Part shown: piece by piece, positions 20,889 to 31,324 of the stretch
Layout: each line of letters starts with the position of its first letter
Position numbering within the stretch: the stretch's first letter is position 1
DNA from: Bdellovibrionales bacterium
Lineage (GTDB): Bacteria > Bdellovibrionota > Bdellovibrionia > Bdellovibrionales > UBA1609
Assembly (NCBI GenBank): GCA_027317865.1
Contig: DAHVQG010000010.1
Coordinates: forward strand, 45,627-109,626
Direction: 5' to 3'
DNA: 64,000 nucleotides
Program-made: the position numbers and the translations under genes
The notes under the pieces: model-generated
Databases searched by the model: none
What the model was told of the DNA's origin: nothing
The model's input: only the letters and a program-made list of their open reading frames with translations

Positions 20889-21687
20889 GCTCGCAACACA
20901 AACGCTGAAAGACTTGTTTCATCTGCCGCACGTCGGTCGCGGAATCATTTGTGTTTGGCGTCGGAATTTTTTGTATTTTCGCTATACGCTGATCACTACA
21001 TTAGCGTGGATTTTTATCGAACCCCTCCTTTATGTTTTTGCGTTTGGTTACGGACTGGGCCACTTTGTCTCAAAAATCAACGGCACAAGTTATGTGGAAT
21101 TTATTGCGCCTGCAATGATGGCCACATCGGGGATGTTTGTCGCCTTTTTTGAAGGCACTTACGGTACTTATACAAAGCTCACAAGACAAAATACGCTTGC
21201 AACAATTATTCTAACACCGGTGAGCCCTGACGAAGTGACACTTGCCGAAATACTTTGGTGCACATCAAAGGCGTTTTTAAGCGTTGTTTCAGTGGCGATT
21301 GTCTTGTTGCTAATGAAGTTATTGCCGGTGCGGCCGCTTTTTCCAATGCTCGCCGTTTTATTTTTGAATTGTTGGGTTTTTGCGGCATTGGGCGTGTGGC
21401 TGGCGAGTCTCGCGCGCTCTTATGAGTGGTTTACCTATGCACAGTCGGGATTTATTTTGCCCATGTCGCTATTTTGTGGGACGTTTTTTCCGCTTTCGCA
21501 ATTGCCCCCGACGATTCACCGTTTCGCCATGTTTTTGCCGCTCACTCACGCTATGCAGAGTGTGCGCATGTTTGCGGCCGGCGAGTTTCACGCGCAATTT
21601 GCGATAAACATGTTGTACTTAATTTTTCTGGGAGTTGTTTTCACCAACTTGGCTGCCGCTCGTTTTGACCGTCGACTGGTCGTTTGA
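20881..21687 (+). CDS. ABC-2 exporter permease (NodJ-like)
   Basis: VW.RN, EPLLY..FGYGLG, Y..FIAP, G.FFP..QLP, PLTH. Confidence 0.88.
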   Translation: MNKLATQTLKDLFHLPHVGRGIICVWRRNFLYFRYTLITTLAWIFIEPLLYVFAFGYGLGHFVSKINGTSYVEFIAPAMMATSGMFVAFFEGTYGTYTKLTRQNTLATIILTPVSPDEVTLAEILWCTSKAFLSVVSVAIVLLLMKLLPVRPLFPMLAVLFLNCWVFAALGVWLASLARSYEWFTYAQSGFILPMSLFCGTFFPLSQLPPTIHRFAMFLPLTHAMQSVRMFAAGEFHAQFAINMLYLIFLGVVFTNLAAARFDRRLVV

Positions 21688-22455
21688 AGCCGACGCGTTG
21701 ATCATGGGCGGTAAGTTATTCCAGGGGAACAAATCGACTTCAAGTCTTGCAAGCTCATATTGATCTGTCGAAATTTTTCCCATTCTAAACATTAAATAGC
21801 AAAGATCCAAAATCTTAAATTTCGCATACGGCGTGAGCTTTTTCAGCCGAAAGGTATTTGAAAAACCACGCGGATCGGGAATTAAATAGGTCAAATAAGC
21901 GGATTGAAGAAGATCTAAATCGGCCGGAGTCGTGTTGAAGTAATATTTTGCGGCCGCCTTTATACCGTAAATTCCCGCACCAAATTCAATAACGTTTAAG
22001 TATTTTTCTAAAATTTGATTCTTCTTCAAGAGGGCATTAATTTGAATGGTCAAGATTGCTTCACGTATTTTTCGAATAATGGTTCGATTTTGGTTTAAAA
22101 AAACATTTTTTGCGAGCTGCTGCGTAATTGTAGAACCACCCCGGATGATGCGGTCGGCGGCCATATCCTCATCAAAGCTTTTGTGAATTTCTGACCAATC
22201 AAAGCCGTCGTTTTGATAAAATGTGGAATCTTCAGAAGCGATGACGACCGATCGCATAATGGGGCTGATTTGATTTAGCGGCACATAGTTTGGATTTTTA
22301 TTGCACAACCAAACCTTAAAAATAGATGTTCGCATGCAACCCTTTATCGGGGCCGCACTCGGAGTCGTCACAATAACCCAGACGGCGAACGCAACAAGAA
22401 GAGTTAAAAGCAACGTAAATATTTTCAATTCAACAATCCTTGATTGCGCATCCAC
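21619..22455 (-). CDS. mtgA: Monofunctional peptidoglycan transglycosylase
   Basis: SED..FY...GFD, GGSTITQQLAKN, RK.RE, K..ILE.YLN.IEFG. Confidence 0.88.
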   Translation of the reverse strand: MDAQSRIVELKIFTLLLTLLVAFAVWVIVTTPSAAPIKGCMRTSIFKVWLCNKNPNYVPLNQISPIMRSVVIASEDSTFYQNDGFDWSEIHKSFDEDMAADRIIRGGSTITQQLAKNVFLNQNRTIIRKIREAILTIQINALLKKNQILEKYLNVIEFGAGIYGIKAAAKYYFNTTPADLDLLQSAYLTYLIPDPRGFSNTFRLKKLTPYAKFKILDLCYLMFRMGKISTDQYELARLEVDLFPWNNLPPMINASASNDQSTVKTSGSQVGENNSQKN

Positions 22456-23414
22456 TTGACGCTTTCGTTGATCGCCTCGCGTGCGGGTCGAGGGTGAAAA
22501 TTCAGCTCTTTTGTCGCCTTTGCGTGATCAAACCAATGATAAAGTATCGAGGCGCGCGCCGACTCGGAGCTGACCAAACCTTTTCTGCCAATTGATTCGA
22601 ATACTTCGCTTAAGTTGGCAAGTAGTAAAACGGCTAAATTGGGAAGATACATGCCCGGAGGTTTAACCCCGGCTGCTTCTGCAATCATCTGAAAAAGTTT
22701 TTTTATTGCGATATTTTCACCGGAAAGTATGTAGCGCTCGCCGTTTTTGCCGACTTCGCTTGCGCGAATTGTCGCCGCCACAACGTCTTCTATGTGAACA
22801 ATGCTTACTCCTCCAGACGTATAAAACGGGAACTTACCCCGCGCGACTTCAAGTTGGGTTGACCGGCTACCTTTCTGCGCGTCACCGGGCCCATAGATAT
22901 TTGATGGATTAAGTATGACGGCGTCAATCTCGCCGCTTCGACAGGCGGCAATCACTAAATTTTCTGCCCGACGTTTCGTTTCAAAATAACCCAAATTGAG
23001 GTCGGCTAAATTATACGGCGAATTTTCATTTAACGGCTCGTGTCCGTTAAAACTTGCTCCCACAGTTGCCACTGAACTAAAGTGCACAAGCCTGCGACAG
23101 CCACTTACTTTACATGCCGAGATGACATTTGCCGTACCGTTAACGTTAACTTGCTCTAACTTCGCCCGGTCGCTCTTTTTGTAGCCGATAAAACCGGCAA
23201 GATGAAAGACGATTTCAATTCCTTTTAGCGCCGATTTTAATGTTGAAGGCTCAAGAATGTCGCCGATCACAAAATCGCCAGCGGGAGCGTCATGATTCAA
23301 TCCCGCCGGGCGCAATTCTCGAACCAGCGCGCGGACTTCGAAACCCCGTTTGATTAAATCACGGCAGAGCCATTGCCCGACAAAGCCGCTTGCGCCGGTC
23401 ACCAAAACTTTCAT
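22425..23414 (-). CDS. NAD-dependent epimerase/dehydratase (HpnA/DFR-like extended SDR)
   Basis: TGASGFVG, FHLAG, YFETK, NP..IYGPGD. Confidence 0.88.
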   Translation of the reverse strand: MKVLVTGASGFVGQWLCRDLIKRGFEVRALVRELRPAGLNHDAPAGDFVIGDILEPSTLKSALKGIEIVFHLAGFIGYKKSDRAKLEQVNVNGTANVISACKVSGCRRLVHFSSVATVGASFNGHEPLNENSPYNLADLNLGYFETKRRAENLVIAACRSGEIDAVILNPSNIYGPGDAQKGSRSTQLEVARGKFPFYTSGGVSIVHIEDVVAATIRASEVGKNGERYILSGENIAIKKLFQMIAEAAGVKPPGMYLPNLAVLLLANLSEVFESIGRKGLVSSESARASILYHWFDHAKATKELNFHPRPAREAINESVKWMRNQGLLN

Positions 23415-23418
23415 TGCG

Positions 23419-24057
23419 CTATTTTACACGAATGATTTTAACGGTTTTAATGTAAACCGGCTTTAGCGGCTTTAATGTCAGCATGTTAATCGGGACCTCG
23501 CTGATTTTTCGCACAACATTTAAACCCGAGACGACCCGGCCGAAAATAGGATACTGGTTGTCATAGTAGGAGGCCGGTCGAAGCGTAATAATAAACTGGC
23601 TTGCTTCAGTACCGGGCTTACCCCGCACCATTGATAAAAGTCCGGCTCGATCATGGTGCAAATCGTGGTCAAATTCATCGGGGATAGTATATCCCGGGCC
23701 GCCATCGCCATTGTTTAGGGGATCACCCGTTTGAACGAGAAAATCTCTTCGAACGTTAAAAAATTTCAGTCCGTTGTAAAAAGGGCGTGTGACGTGAGAT
23801 TTTGTTTTGGGGTCGATCCACTTTTTTGTTCCATCAGCGAGGCGGACAAAATTTTTGACGGTTTTGGGCATGCGGGCAAAATAAAGTTTTACTTTAAACG
23901 AACCCATCGTTGTATTGAATATCGCATATCTCGGGAAGCCATTAAATTTACCTGGATTTTTATTGGCCGCGTGACCGCGAAGAGAAAAGACCAAAAAAGC
24001 CAGTGAGTAGATCAATACGACAAGGCCCAATCGTTTGATGCGTGGATTTAAATTCAT
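23419..24057 (-). CDS. Exported cyclophilin-like protein with altered active site
   Basis: PKTV.NFV.LA.G, FYNGL.F, Q.GDP...G.GGPGY, SQF.IT, FG.V..G; N-terminal signal peptide. Confidence 0.85.
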   Translation of the reverse strand: MNLNPRIKRLGLVVLIYSLAFLVFSLRGHAANKNPGKFNGFPRYAIFNTTMGSFKVKLYFARMPKTVKNFVRLADGTKKWIDPKTKSHVTRPFYNGLKFFNVRRDFLVQTGDPLNNGDGGPGYTIPDEFDHDLHHDRAGLLSMVRGKPGTEASQFIITLRPASYYDNQYPIFGRVVSGLNVVRKISEVPINMLTLKPLKPVYIKTVKIIRVK

Positions 24058-24093
24058 TTGCACCCCCAAAATCTGTCCAATCAAAAAACGCTA

Positions 24094-26586
24094 TTAAGAC
24101 CTTCGTCTGGGGTCAACTTCTTTTAAAATCTCGTCGCTTTCGGTCAATAGAAGACAGATGGATTTAAAGTAATCAGATGGGCTTTCATTGCTTAGACGGG
24201 CTGCGCGTTCGACGATTTCACTGTCTGCAGCAAGTTCGGTGGTCGAATATTCGGCCACAAGTTGAATCAATTGCTCCGTTTCGCGGAGTTTTTCATAGAT
24301 TTGACAAATTCGAAGATGCCGCGGGTCACTTGAGGGCAGAAACGCGCCAACGGTTTGCCCGTCCCACTCTGCATTTTGATTCTGCATAACTAAAATTTGT
24401 CCACAAAATTCAATGTCAATAAGGCCGCCCGGGCAGTACTTAAGATCAAGCCAACCAGGACGGGACGGTTTTACTAATGCTTGTCGAATGCGCGCCAACT
24501 CATGAATATCGCACTTCTGGAGTGGATGACTTAAGCAAACTTTTTTAATTTCATTTATGAAAGCCCGCGAGGCAATGGCGCTTTTTGCATTGACCGCACG
24601 GGCCCGTAAATACGATTGACGCTCCCAGGGGGCGGCTTGCGATTTTAAATAGGTCAAAAGAGAATTTGCTTCGACAATTATTGGTCCCGCGTTACCGGAT
24701 GGGCGCAGGCGCAGGTCGACGTTATAAATGGCGCCGCCGCGATGTTGCTCTGTTAATCTTGATATGAAACGGCGTGCGGCCCGATGGTGTGACGGTTGAA
24801 TTTCGGACCCGGTCACAAAAACAAAATCAAGATCGGATCGTAACCCAAGCTCACGTCCACCCCATTTGCCGAGCGCGAGTATCGATATATCGTCGACTTG
24901 CGCGGTTTTAAACGTTTGGTTGAAAATGTTTTGCGCTATGCCGTCGGCCGTTGCCGTTAGCGATGCGGTCATCGTATTGACATTTCGACTACGAAGAAAC
25001 TGGCTTGCTGATACAATTTCAGACAAAAGACGTTCTTCGGCGAGATCCTCAAGTTGCACTTCAAAGCTTTGAGCACCGTTATTTTTTGTCGAGTTTGCGG
25101 TTTGTCGATATAAAAATCCGTCTAGCAGTTCGGGCCGCGAAGCGATGACGCCGCCTAAATACCGGGAACATCCAAAGAGTCGGCTCAACTCAATAAGAAT
25201 CTTATTTTCGTGAGCTAGGAGCGATAAGAGGCTTGAGCGGGCGCGAATCGCTTGCACAAAATCAAGCACCATTGCCAGCGCAAGATCTTTATCAAGAGCA
25301 TTTATGGCACACGCTTCAACCAATTCGCGCAGGACCTTTTGTCTAAGCTCAGAGTCCTTAAACGTTTTAGCTGTCGACTCCAAAACACGAATAAGATTTG
25401 GCCATAAATCCGTAATTGTTCGAATAGAAAATCCAAGCTTGCTGAGCCACTCGGCCTGTTCTTCGATTGACTCAGGCAAAGCTTTGATTTTAGCCGGCTG
25501 GCCCAAAACTGTTGCGACAATTTCGTTTACTTGGGCGGAGCGGGTTGCAAATTCGGCGTATTCGTTAGGGTTTTGCGTCTCGAAAATCTCGTGAGTTTGC
25601 CGATCATCAATCGCCTGGAGTTGATTTTCAAATTCACGAAATAGCCAATATGATTCAATTAAAAAACTAATGTCGTTTGAAGAAAAATGCCCGCCGGCAA
25701 GAAGATTTTGCGCTGCCTGATCGGTCGAGGTCGTGCGAACGTTGCGGTCGCGGCCACCGTGAATGATTTGAAGCGCATGCAAGAAAAGTTCAATGTCCCG
25801 AATTCCGCCAGGCGCTAACTTTAAATTGACCGAACGCGAGTTGGAGATTTCCTTTTCGGCGTTGTGAAAATGAATTTGTGATCTTAAAAGTTTGAGATCT
25901 TCGAGAAGCCCGTAGTCGAGATAGCGGCGATAACAAAAATGACTGGCGACATCATAAACGGCGTTAACCAAATCTTCAGGGCCGGCTACGGCGCGAAGTC
26001 GCACAAGAGCTAAACGCTCCCACGTTGCCCCGAGAGACCAATAATAATCTTCAAATTGTTTAACTGAAGAGATGATGGGTGCAAATCGGCCGCCCGGCTT
26101 TAAATCTGTGTCTACGCGGTACGCAAACGCCCATTGCGTCGGCTGCGAAAGAAGCTGGATAAACTCGCGGACAAGCTTGAACTGTTCGCTTGTCGGCGTT
26201 TGGCGTGCGATAAATATCACGTCGATGTCGGAGCTTAAATTGAGTTCGCGAGCTCCCCACTTACCCAAGGCGAAAAACGCGAGGTCATGACCGGACATAT
26301 TCAGTTCATTCCAATATCGTGCAAGAATTTGATCGGTCGCCTGTGACCATTGCGCGCAAATTGTTTTTGCGGGCGAATTTTTGAGAAGTGTCGCAATCGC
26401 TGCCTCACACCACGCCTGATGACGGTCAAAGCGTAAGCGATCGCTTGTAGAAGCCGGCAATTTATCGAGAAGCTTCAAATGGTGATCAAATGCCGGCGAT
26501 AATCGCGCAATTTTTGCGATATCGCCCGGCGGATAAGATCGCAAATCGGGAACGTTTACGGCCCCCATTTGGGTTGGTAGTACCAC
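24094..26586 (-). CDS. glnE: Glutamine synthetase adenylyltransferase/adenylyl-removing enzyme
   Basis: Two nucleotidyltransferase repeats (LGKWGARELNLSSDID; LGKWGGRELGLRSDLD), VDLRLRPSG, WER, K..PGG..DIE; start uncertain. Confidence 0.85.
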   Translation of the reverse strand: MVLPTQMGAVNVPDLRSYPPGDIAKIARLSPAFDHHLKLLDKLPASTSDRLRFDRHQAWCEAAIATLLKNSPAKTICAQWSQATDQILARYWNELNMSGHDLAFFALGKWGARELNLSSDIDVIFIARQTPTSEQFKLVREFIQLLSQPTQWAFAYRVDTDLKPGGRFAPIISSVKQFEDYYWSLGATWERLALVRLRAVAGPEDLVNAVYDVASHFCYRRYLDYGLLEDLKLLRSQIHFHNAEKEISNSRSVNLKLAPGGIRDIELFLHALQIIHGGRDRNVRTTSTDQAAQNLLAGGHFSSNDISFLIESYWLFREFENQLQAIDDRQTHEIFETQNPNEYAEFATRSAQVNEIVATVLGQPAKIKALPESIEEQAEWLSKLGFSIRTITDLWPNLIRVLESTAKTFKDSELRQKVLRELVEACAINALDKDLALAMVLDFVQAIRARSSLLSLLAHENKILIELSRLFGCSRYLGGVIASRPELLDGFLYRQTANSTKNNGAQSFEVQLEDLAEERLLSEIVSASQFLRSRNVNTMTASLTATADGIAQNIFNQTFKTAQVDDISILALGKWGGRELGLRSDLDFVFVTGSEIQPSHHRAARRFISRLTEQHRGGAIYNVDLRLRPSGNAGPIIVEANSLLTYLKSQAAPWERQSYLRARAVNAKSAIASRAFINEIKKVCLSHPLQKCDIHELARIRQALVKPSRPGWLDLKYCPGGLIDIEFCGQILVMQNQNAEWDGQTVGAFLPSSDPRHLRICQIYEKLRETEQLIQLVAEYSTTELAADSEIVERAARLSNESPSDYFKSICLLLTESDEILKEVDPRRRS

Positions 26587-27968
26587 AAATTATCGTGGGT
26601 GATTCGTCGTTCGTTGTCGCCATTTGTGTCGACAATATAGAGTTGATTATTTCCGCTGCGGTTGCTTACAAACACAATTTGGCGGCCGTCCGGCGTAAAA
26701 ATGGGGTCAATATTGTTCGCCCATCGGCCGTTCGGTTTATGGGCCGAAGTCAGACGTAAAACCTGACCCGTTCCGTCGGCATTCATGATAAAAATATCAA
26801 ATGCTTGTTTATGTTTGTCATAGCTTGCAAACGCCAGCTTTTTGCCGTTTGGCGACCATGCGGGAGTGGCATTATATTGCCCCAAGAAAGTGCGTCTTTT
26901 TACGTCCGTCCCGTAACTCGTCATTGTATAGATCATCGGTCGGCCGCTCCGGTCAGATGAAAAGGCAATTTCTTTGCCATTAGGCGAAATTGCCGGTTCG
27001 ACGTTTAAAGACATTCCGGGGCCGTGGGTGAGCGCCACAAGTGTATGGCCATTTCGAGACATTTTATAAATATCCGAGGCGCGACCGTGAGTGAGCGAAA
27101 CAAGCAAGTACCGGTTATCCGGAAAAAAATCCGCGCCCATGTTATTGCCGTTTCTCGACGAGACGATCCATGTGTGATGTGTTTTAGCGTCATACATGAG
27201 TAGATCAAGGTTTCGGCGAATCAAACCGCGAATTCGCCGTCTGATAAAGCAACTGTAGGCGATGTACCTTCCGTTCGGCGACCACGAAGGTGATACCGCG
27301 ATTGAGTGAAAGAAACTGATTCGGTGCTTGTTATAGCCATCCCAGTCCATCGTGTAAATTTCGCGGTGAGTTTTCGGGCCATGATCGATTGCAACGACGA
27401 GATGGTGAAGAAAAAACGAGGGCTTTCCGGTAACGGCTTTAACAAAGTCGTTGGCAAAAGTGTGGGCGAGCCGGCGTAAGGCAAATTGGCTTGCGGTATA
27501 ACGGCGGCCCAAAACCAAATTTCCTTTAGGCACATAATAGGCGTAAATATTCAGAATGACCTGGCCGCGAAGGACTTGATATCCGCCTTTAATGAGAAAT
27601 TCAGTCCCGATTGCCGACCATTTTTTAAAATCAAAGCCATTTTTCTCAACGCCCGAGGGGCGAAGCCCGGTTTTCATCGGATTTTCTAAAAATGCGCTAG
27701 GTTCAATTTGCCTAAAAAGCCCCGTCGTTAAGAGGTCGTTATCGATAACGGCGTAAAGTTCATCGCCTTCACGTTCTTGTTGCGCGGTAAATGCTGAGCC
27801 CAACCGTTTCAGGGCGGGGAACGCAAGCAAACTTTTTCGGACGTGGGCCTTACCCACGTCGATTAGGAATTTATTTTGAGCAACGGCTATCGGCGCCGCA
27901 AGCACAATTGCGCAAACACCGAAAAACAGAATTGCCACTGTTATTGGATTTTTAATTTTTCTCACCAT
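26556..27968 (-). CDS. tolB: Tol-Pal beta-propeller protein TolB
   Basis: Signal peptide, TolB N-domain, PD40 repeats (P.WSP.G..IAF.S.R.G). Confidence 0.9.
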   Translation of the reverse strand: MVRKIKNPITVAILFFGVCAIVLAAPIAVAQNKFLIDVGKAHVRKSLLAFPALKRLGSAFTAQQEREGDELYAVIDNDLLTTGLFRQIEPSAFLENPMKTGLRPSGVEKNGFDFKKWSAIGTEFLIKGGYQVLRGQVILNIYAYYVPKGNLVLGRRYTASQFALRRLAHTFANDFVKAVTGKPSFFLHHLVVAIDHGPKTHREIYTMDWDGYNKHRISFFHSIAVSPSWSPNGRYIAYSCFIRRRIRGLIRRNLDLLMYDAKTHHTWIVSSRNGNNMGADFFPDNRYLLVSLTHGRASDIYKMSRNGHTLVALTHGPGMSLNVEPAISPNGKEIAFSSDRSGRPMIYTMTSYGTDVKRRTFLGQYNATPAWSPNGKKLAFASYDKHKQAFDIFIMNADGTGQVLRLTSAHKPNGRWANNIDPIFTPDGRQIVFVSNRSGNNQLYIVDTNGDNERRITHDNLWYYQPKWGP

Positions 27969-27982
27969 ACGCCTCCTGCATC

Positions 27983-28699
27983 CTAAAATGGGAACTTAAT
28001 CAACAAAATGGCATTGGCAACTTGAGCCGGCGGCGGGGCAAAAGGGCTTGCCTGTTGCACGGCTGCCAAACACGAATTGTCAAACATCGAATTGCCAGAC
28101 GAAACATAAATCTGACTGCGTGTGACCGCGCCGCTTGAGTCAAGCGTCACGATGACCTGGGCCTTGAGATTTGAACCGCTTAACCATTGAGGCAGAGACC
28201 AATTTTGGTGAATTTTTTTTTTGAGCGCCGAAAGGTATTGATTTACTTCGAGGCGAGCGAGTCCGTTAAAACTATCCCCCGAAGAAATAATATTGCCTTT
28301 ATATACCTGTTTTTTCGGCGGAACGGGTTTGGTTTTTCGGTCGGCAAGCTCTTTTTTCATCTTCTCGATGGCCTCCATGGCCTGAAGTTGGGCAAAGGCT
28401 TGTTGTTGCTGCGCTAAAAAATTCGGCTTTGGTTTTGTAGGTTTGTGCTGCGTCACCTTCACCGGCGGCGGCGGGGGCTTTACTTGCGGAATTGGTTTTG
28501 CGCGCTCAATTTTATCGGGGAGCGCGACCATGTCGACACGAATCGCTTCGGGAATAATAATTGTTTTACTTGGCATGAGCCAGTGTTTTAAAAGTGTTCC
28601 CGAAATCAAAAAAAAGTGAAGGGCGATTGATAAAATTAAAAAAGTCCGGAATGCATCGTCTTCATTCTTATTAAAAGTCAGTATCGAGCGAGCCGTCAT
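27983..28699 (-). CDS. tolA: TolA/TonB-family protein
   Basis: TM with SIALH, Pro/Lys-rich linker, TonB_2-like C-terminus (I..NW..P, SSGN..FD...L.AV..A.PF..PP); between tolR and tolB. Confidence 0.8.
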   Translation of the reverse strand: MTARSILTFNKNEDDAFRTFLILSIALHFFLISGTLLKHWLMPSKTIIIPEAIRVDMVALPDKIERAKPIPQVKPPPPPVKVTQHKPTKPKPNFLAQQQQAFAQLQAMEAIEKMKKELADRKTKPVPPKKQVYKGNIISSGDSFNGLARLEVNQYLSALKKKIHQNWSLPQWLSGSNLKAQVIVTLDSSGAVTRSQIYVSSGNSMFDNSCLAAVQQASPFAPPPAQVANAILLIKFPF

Positions 28700-29115
28700 T
28701 TGACTTTTGGCAAGGTGACAAGGCTGATGTCAAAAATTCCGGCGCTACGCGCCTCAGCCAATACCGATGCGACCCAACCATACTCCGTTCGTTTATCGGC
28801 TTGAATGTAAAGTTGTTTATTTCGGCGTGTTTTAAAAATGGCCTTCAGTTTTTTGCTTAAGCCCGCAAGCTGCAGCGGGACACGATCGGCTGAAAGCTGG
28901 CCGTTTCGGTTAATAACAATGATGAACGGCTTATCGGTTGCGCGGATACCGCTGGGAGCTGTGCGCGGCAATTCAACTTGAAGTCCCTGTTGCATTAATG
29001 GCGTGGTAACCATAAAAATAATAAGTAAAACCAGCATCACATCCACAAGCGGCGTGATATTAATGTCACTCATGGCGCGCGGCTTTTTCGAATTCGAATT
29101 AGGGCCCATCGCCAT
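28696..29115 (-). CDS. tolR: TolR/ExbD
   Basis: INITPLVDVMLVLLIIFMVT.P, V.LP, ADK...YG. Confidence 0.92.
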   Translation of the reverse strand: MAMGPNSNSKKPRAMSDINITPLVDVMLVLLIIFMVTTPLMQQGLQVELPRTAPSGIRATDKPFIIVINRNGQLSADRVPLQLAGLSKKLKAIFKTRRNKQLYIQADKRTEYGWVASVLAEARSAGIFDISLVTLPKVK

Positions 29116-29119
29116 TGCC

Positions 29120-29850
29120 CTACTCCTTAAAAAAGTTTCGTTTCGCGATATTTAAAAAATCAGATGAAAAGCTATTAAGCTCGACTTCTTCGTGTTGTAC
29201 GATTGTCATAAAATGGTTAAACGCAATGGTTGCTGGTATCGCGACCACAAGGCCAATGGCCGTCGTAATGAGCGCCTCAGAAACTCCTGGGGCGACTATG
29301 GCAAGACTTGCCATGTTCGTTGCGCCGATACGGTGAAACGCTTCCATAATTCCCCAAACCGTTCCAAAAAGTCCAATGAACGGGCCGGTACTCCCGCATG
29401 TGGCTAAGAAATTAAGTCGCGAAGTTAATCGGGCTGATTCGAGATCACTCGCTTTGCGAAGAGAACGTTCTAAATTATCAAGTCCTGAAAGCGCGGGGAC
29501 GCGGGTCTTGTCGCCCTTGGCAAGGCCGGACTCCGCCATTTTTCGAAGCTCCATATACCCTGAGCGAAAAATACGGGCGATACTGCTGTCCGGATGTTTT
29601 TCGGATTTCGTAAAAATATCGTCGAGCGAAGATGAAGACCAAAACATATCTAAAAAAGGTTTATTTGAGGCACGAAGCAAGTCTATTTGCGTTTTTTTGT
29701 GAAAATAATGGCCCAACAGACCGCCGACATCCCAATCAAAATCAAAATAACAAGTTTAACGGTAAAACTTGCGTCGAGTATCGCTGTGAGAGCATTAAAT
29801 TGAATTCCAGATGTAATTGCGTGTGAAGCCGCCGCGTGTGTCATTCCCAT
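29120..29850 (-). CDS. tolQ: TolQ, split by a 1-nt frameshift in an A7 run (29692-29698)
   Basis: Upstream frame 29850-29683 encodes the TolQ TM1 (ASFTVKLVILILIGMSAVCWAIIFTKK); downstream frame encodes the remainder (LATCGSTGPFIGLFGTVWGIM, APGVSEALITTA.GL..AIPA). Confidence 0.88.
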
Positions 29851-29904
29851 AATTCAGAAAAGGGTAGCATAAGCTCAGAATTTGGCAACTTTCGGGACGT
29901 CTGG

Positions 29905-31194
29905 CTACTTGTGCGGGTAAGAGTGCCAGTCACCAGCTGTGATCAGTCGCGCCCCTTTCTGAAACGTCAGATAAGACCAAGCCCATTCAAGCATTACCAT
30001 GACGCGATTTCGAAAGCCGATGAGGTAATAAACATGAACCGTGAGCCATGTTAGCCACGCTAAAAACCCGTTGAATTGCAATGGCCCGGCTTGAACAACG
30101 GCGCAGCGGCGGCCAATTGTGGCCATTTGTCCTTTACTCGAATATTCAAAGCGCTTAGTTTTTAGACCAGCTATCTGCAACAAAATATTTTTTGCCGCAT
30201 GCCGGCCTTCTTGTATGGCTACGGGCGCAAGTCCCGGCAAAGCAGTATGTGGGGCTATTTCAAAATGCGCTTGATCACCAATGACAAAAACGCATGGGTG
30301 CTCAGGTAGAGACAGGTCGGGGTTTACAATGACTCGGCCGCTTGAGTCCATATTAACGTTCAACATACGATTGAGGCTTGAGGGTTGGACCCCAGCAGCC
30401 CAAATCGTTGTACGGGTCGCAATGAATTCATCGCCCAGAAAGACACCCAAGGGGGTAATATTAGTGACACGCGATTGCGTGCGCACCTCAACGCCGAGCT
30501 TTGCCAGACTACTTGCGGCGTGCGTTGAAATTCGGGATGAGAACGAAGGTAATATCCGCTCGCCCGCTTCAACGAGTATTACGCGACTTTGGTTGGGGTG
30601 AACGTTGCGAAAATCGCGCTCGAGGGTATAGCGCGCAATTTCACCGATTGCGCCCGCGAGCTCCACCCCGGTTGGTCCGCCGCCGACGATTACAAAAGTC
30701 AACAGGTCGGTTCTGGCCTGCGCGTCCGTTTCTTTTTCAGCTCTCTCGTAAGCGAGCAATATTCGGCGGCGAATTTCGGTTGCTTGTTCAAGAGTTTTAA
30801 GGCCGGGAGACAGGTCTTCCCATTCGGGATGTCCAAAATAGCTGTGCTTGGCTCCGCAAGCGAGAATCAGATAATCGTATGAAATTTCGCCAGCGGCAAT
30901 TTTTAACCGATTTGCAGATAAATCAACATTGGTTACGTTGTCTAAGCGAACACGAATATTTTTTACGTCTGTAAAAATTCCGCGAATTGGTGTCGCAATT
31001 TCGGCCGGAGACAGCGCTGCTGTTGCGACCTGATAGAGAAGTGGTTGAAACAAATGGTAGTTGCGGCGGTCGATTAATGTCACTTCAATATTCGGTTTGT
31101 TCGCAAGCTCTTTAGCCGCGTTGAGTCCGCCGAAACCTCCGCCGACAATTGCGACGTGTTTGGTTTGCGACGAATTGGGCTTAGTGTTTGACAC
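29905..31194 (-). CDS. ndh: Type II NADH dehydrogenase
   Basis: GGGFGG, HLFQPLLYQVAT, GGGPTGVELAG, WAAGV, G.MATIGR. Confidence 0.92.
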   Translation of the reverse strand: MSNTKPNSSQTKHVAIVGGGFGGLNAAKELANKPNIEVTLIDRRNYHLFQPLLYQVATAALSPAEIATPIRGIFTDVKNIRVRLDNVTNVDLSANRLKIAAGEISYDYLILACGAKHSYFGHPEWEDLSPGLKTLEQATEIRRRILLAYERAEKETDAQARTDLLTFVIVGGGPTGVELAGAIGEIARYTLERDFRNVHPNQSRVILVEAGERILPSFSSRISTHAASSLAKLGVEVRTQSRVTNITPLGVFLGDEFIATRTTIWAAGVQPSSLNRMLNVNMDSSGRVIVNPDLSLPEHPCVFVIGDQAHFEIAPHTALPGLAPVAIQEGRHAAKNILLQIAGLKTKRFEYSSKGQMATIGRRCAVVQAGPLQFNGFLAWLTWLTVHVYYLIGFRNRVMVMLEWAWSYLTFQKGARLITAGDWHSYPHK

Positions 31195-31324
31195 GCGAAT
31201 GCTCAGTTAAAAAAGTCGAGTAAATCATGACGTCGACCTCCTGAAAATCAAAGCTCAAAGTCAGCATTGCCAGATGCGCTGTTTGATCGCAATTAAAATA
31301 GTTTCCGGTAAAAAAAGCAAAACG

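Noticed and set aside
19974-21687. Nod factor export or symbiosis locus
   Set aside because: No nodABC; NodIJ-like ABC-2 pairs are widespread
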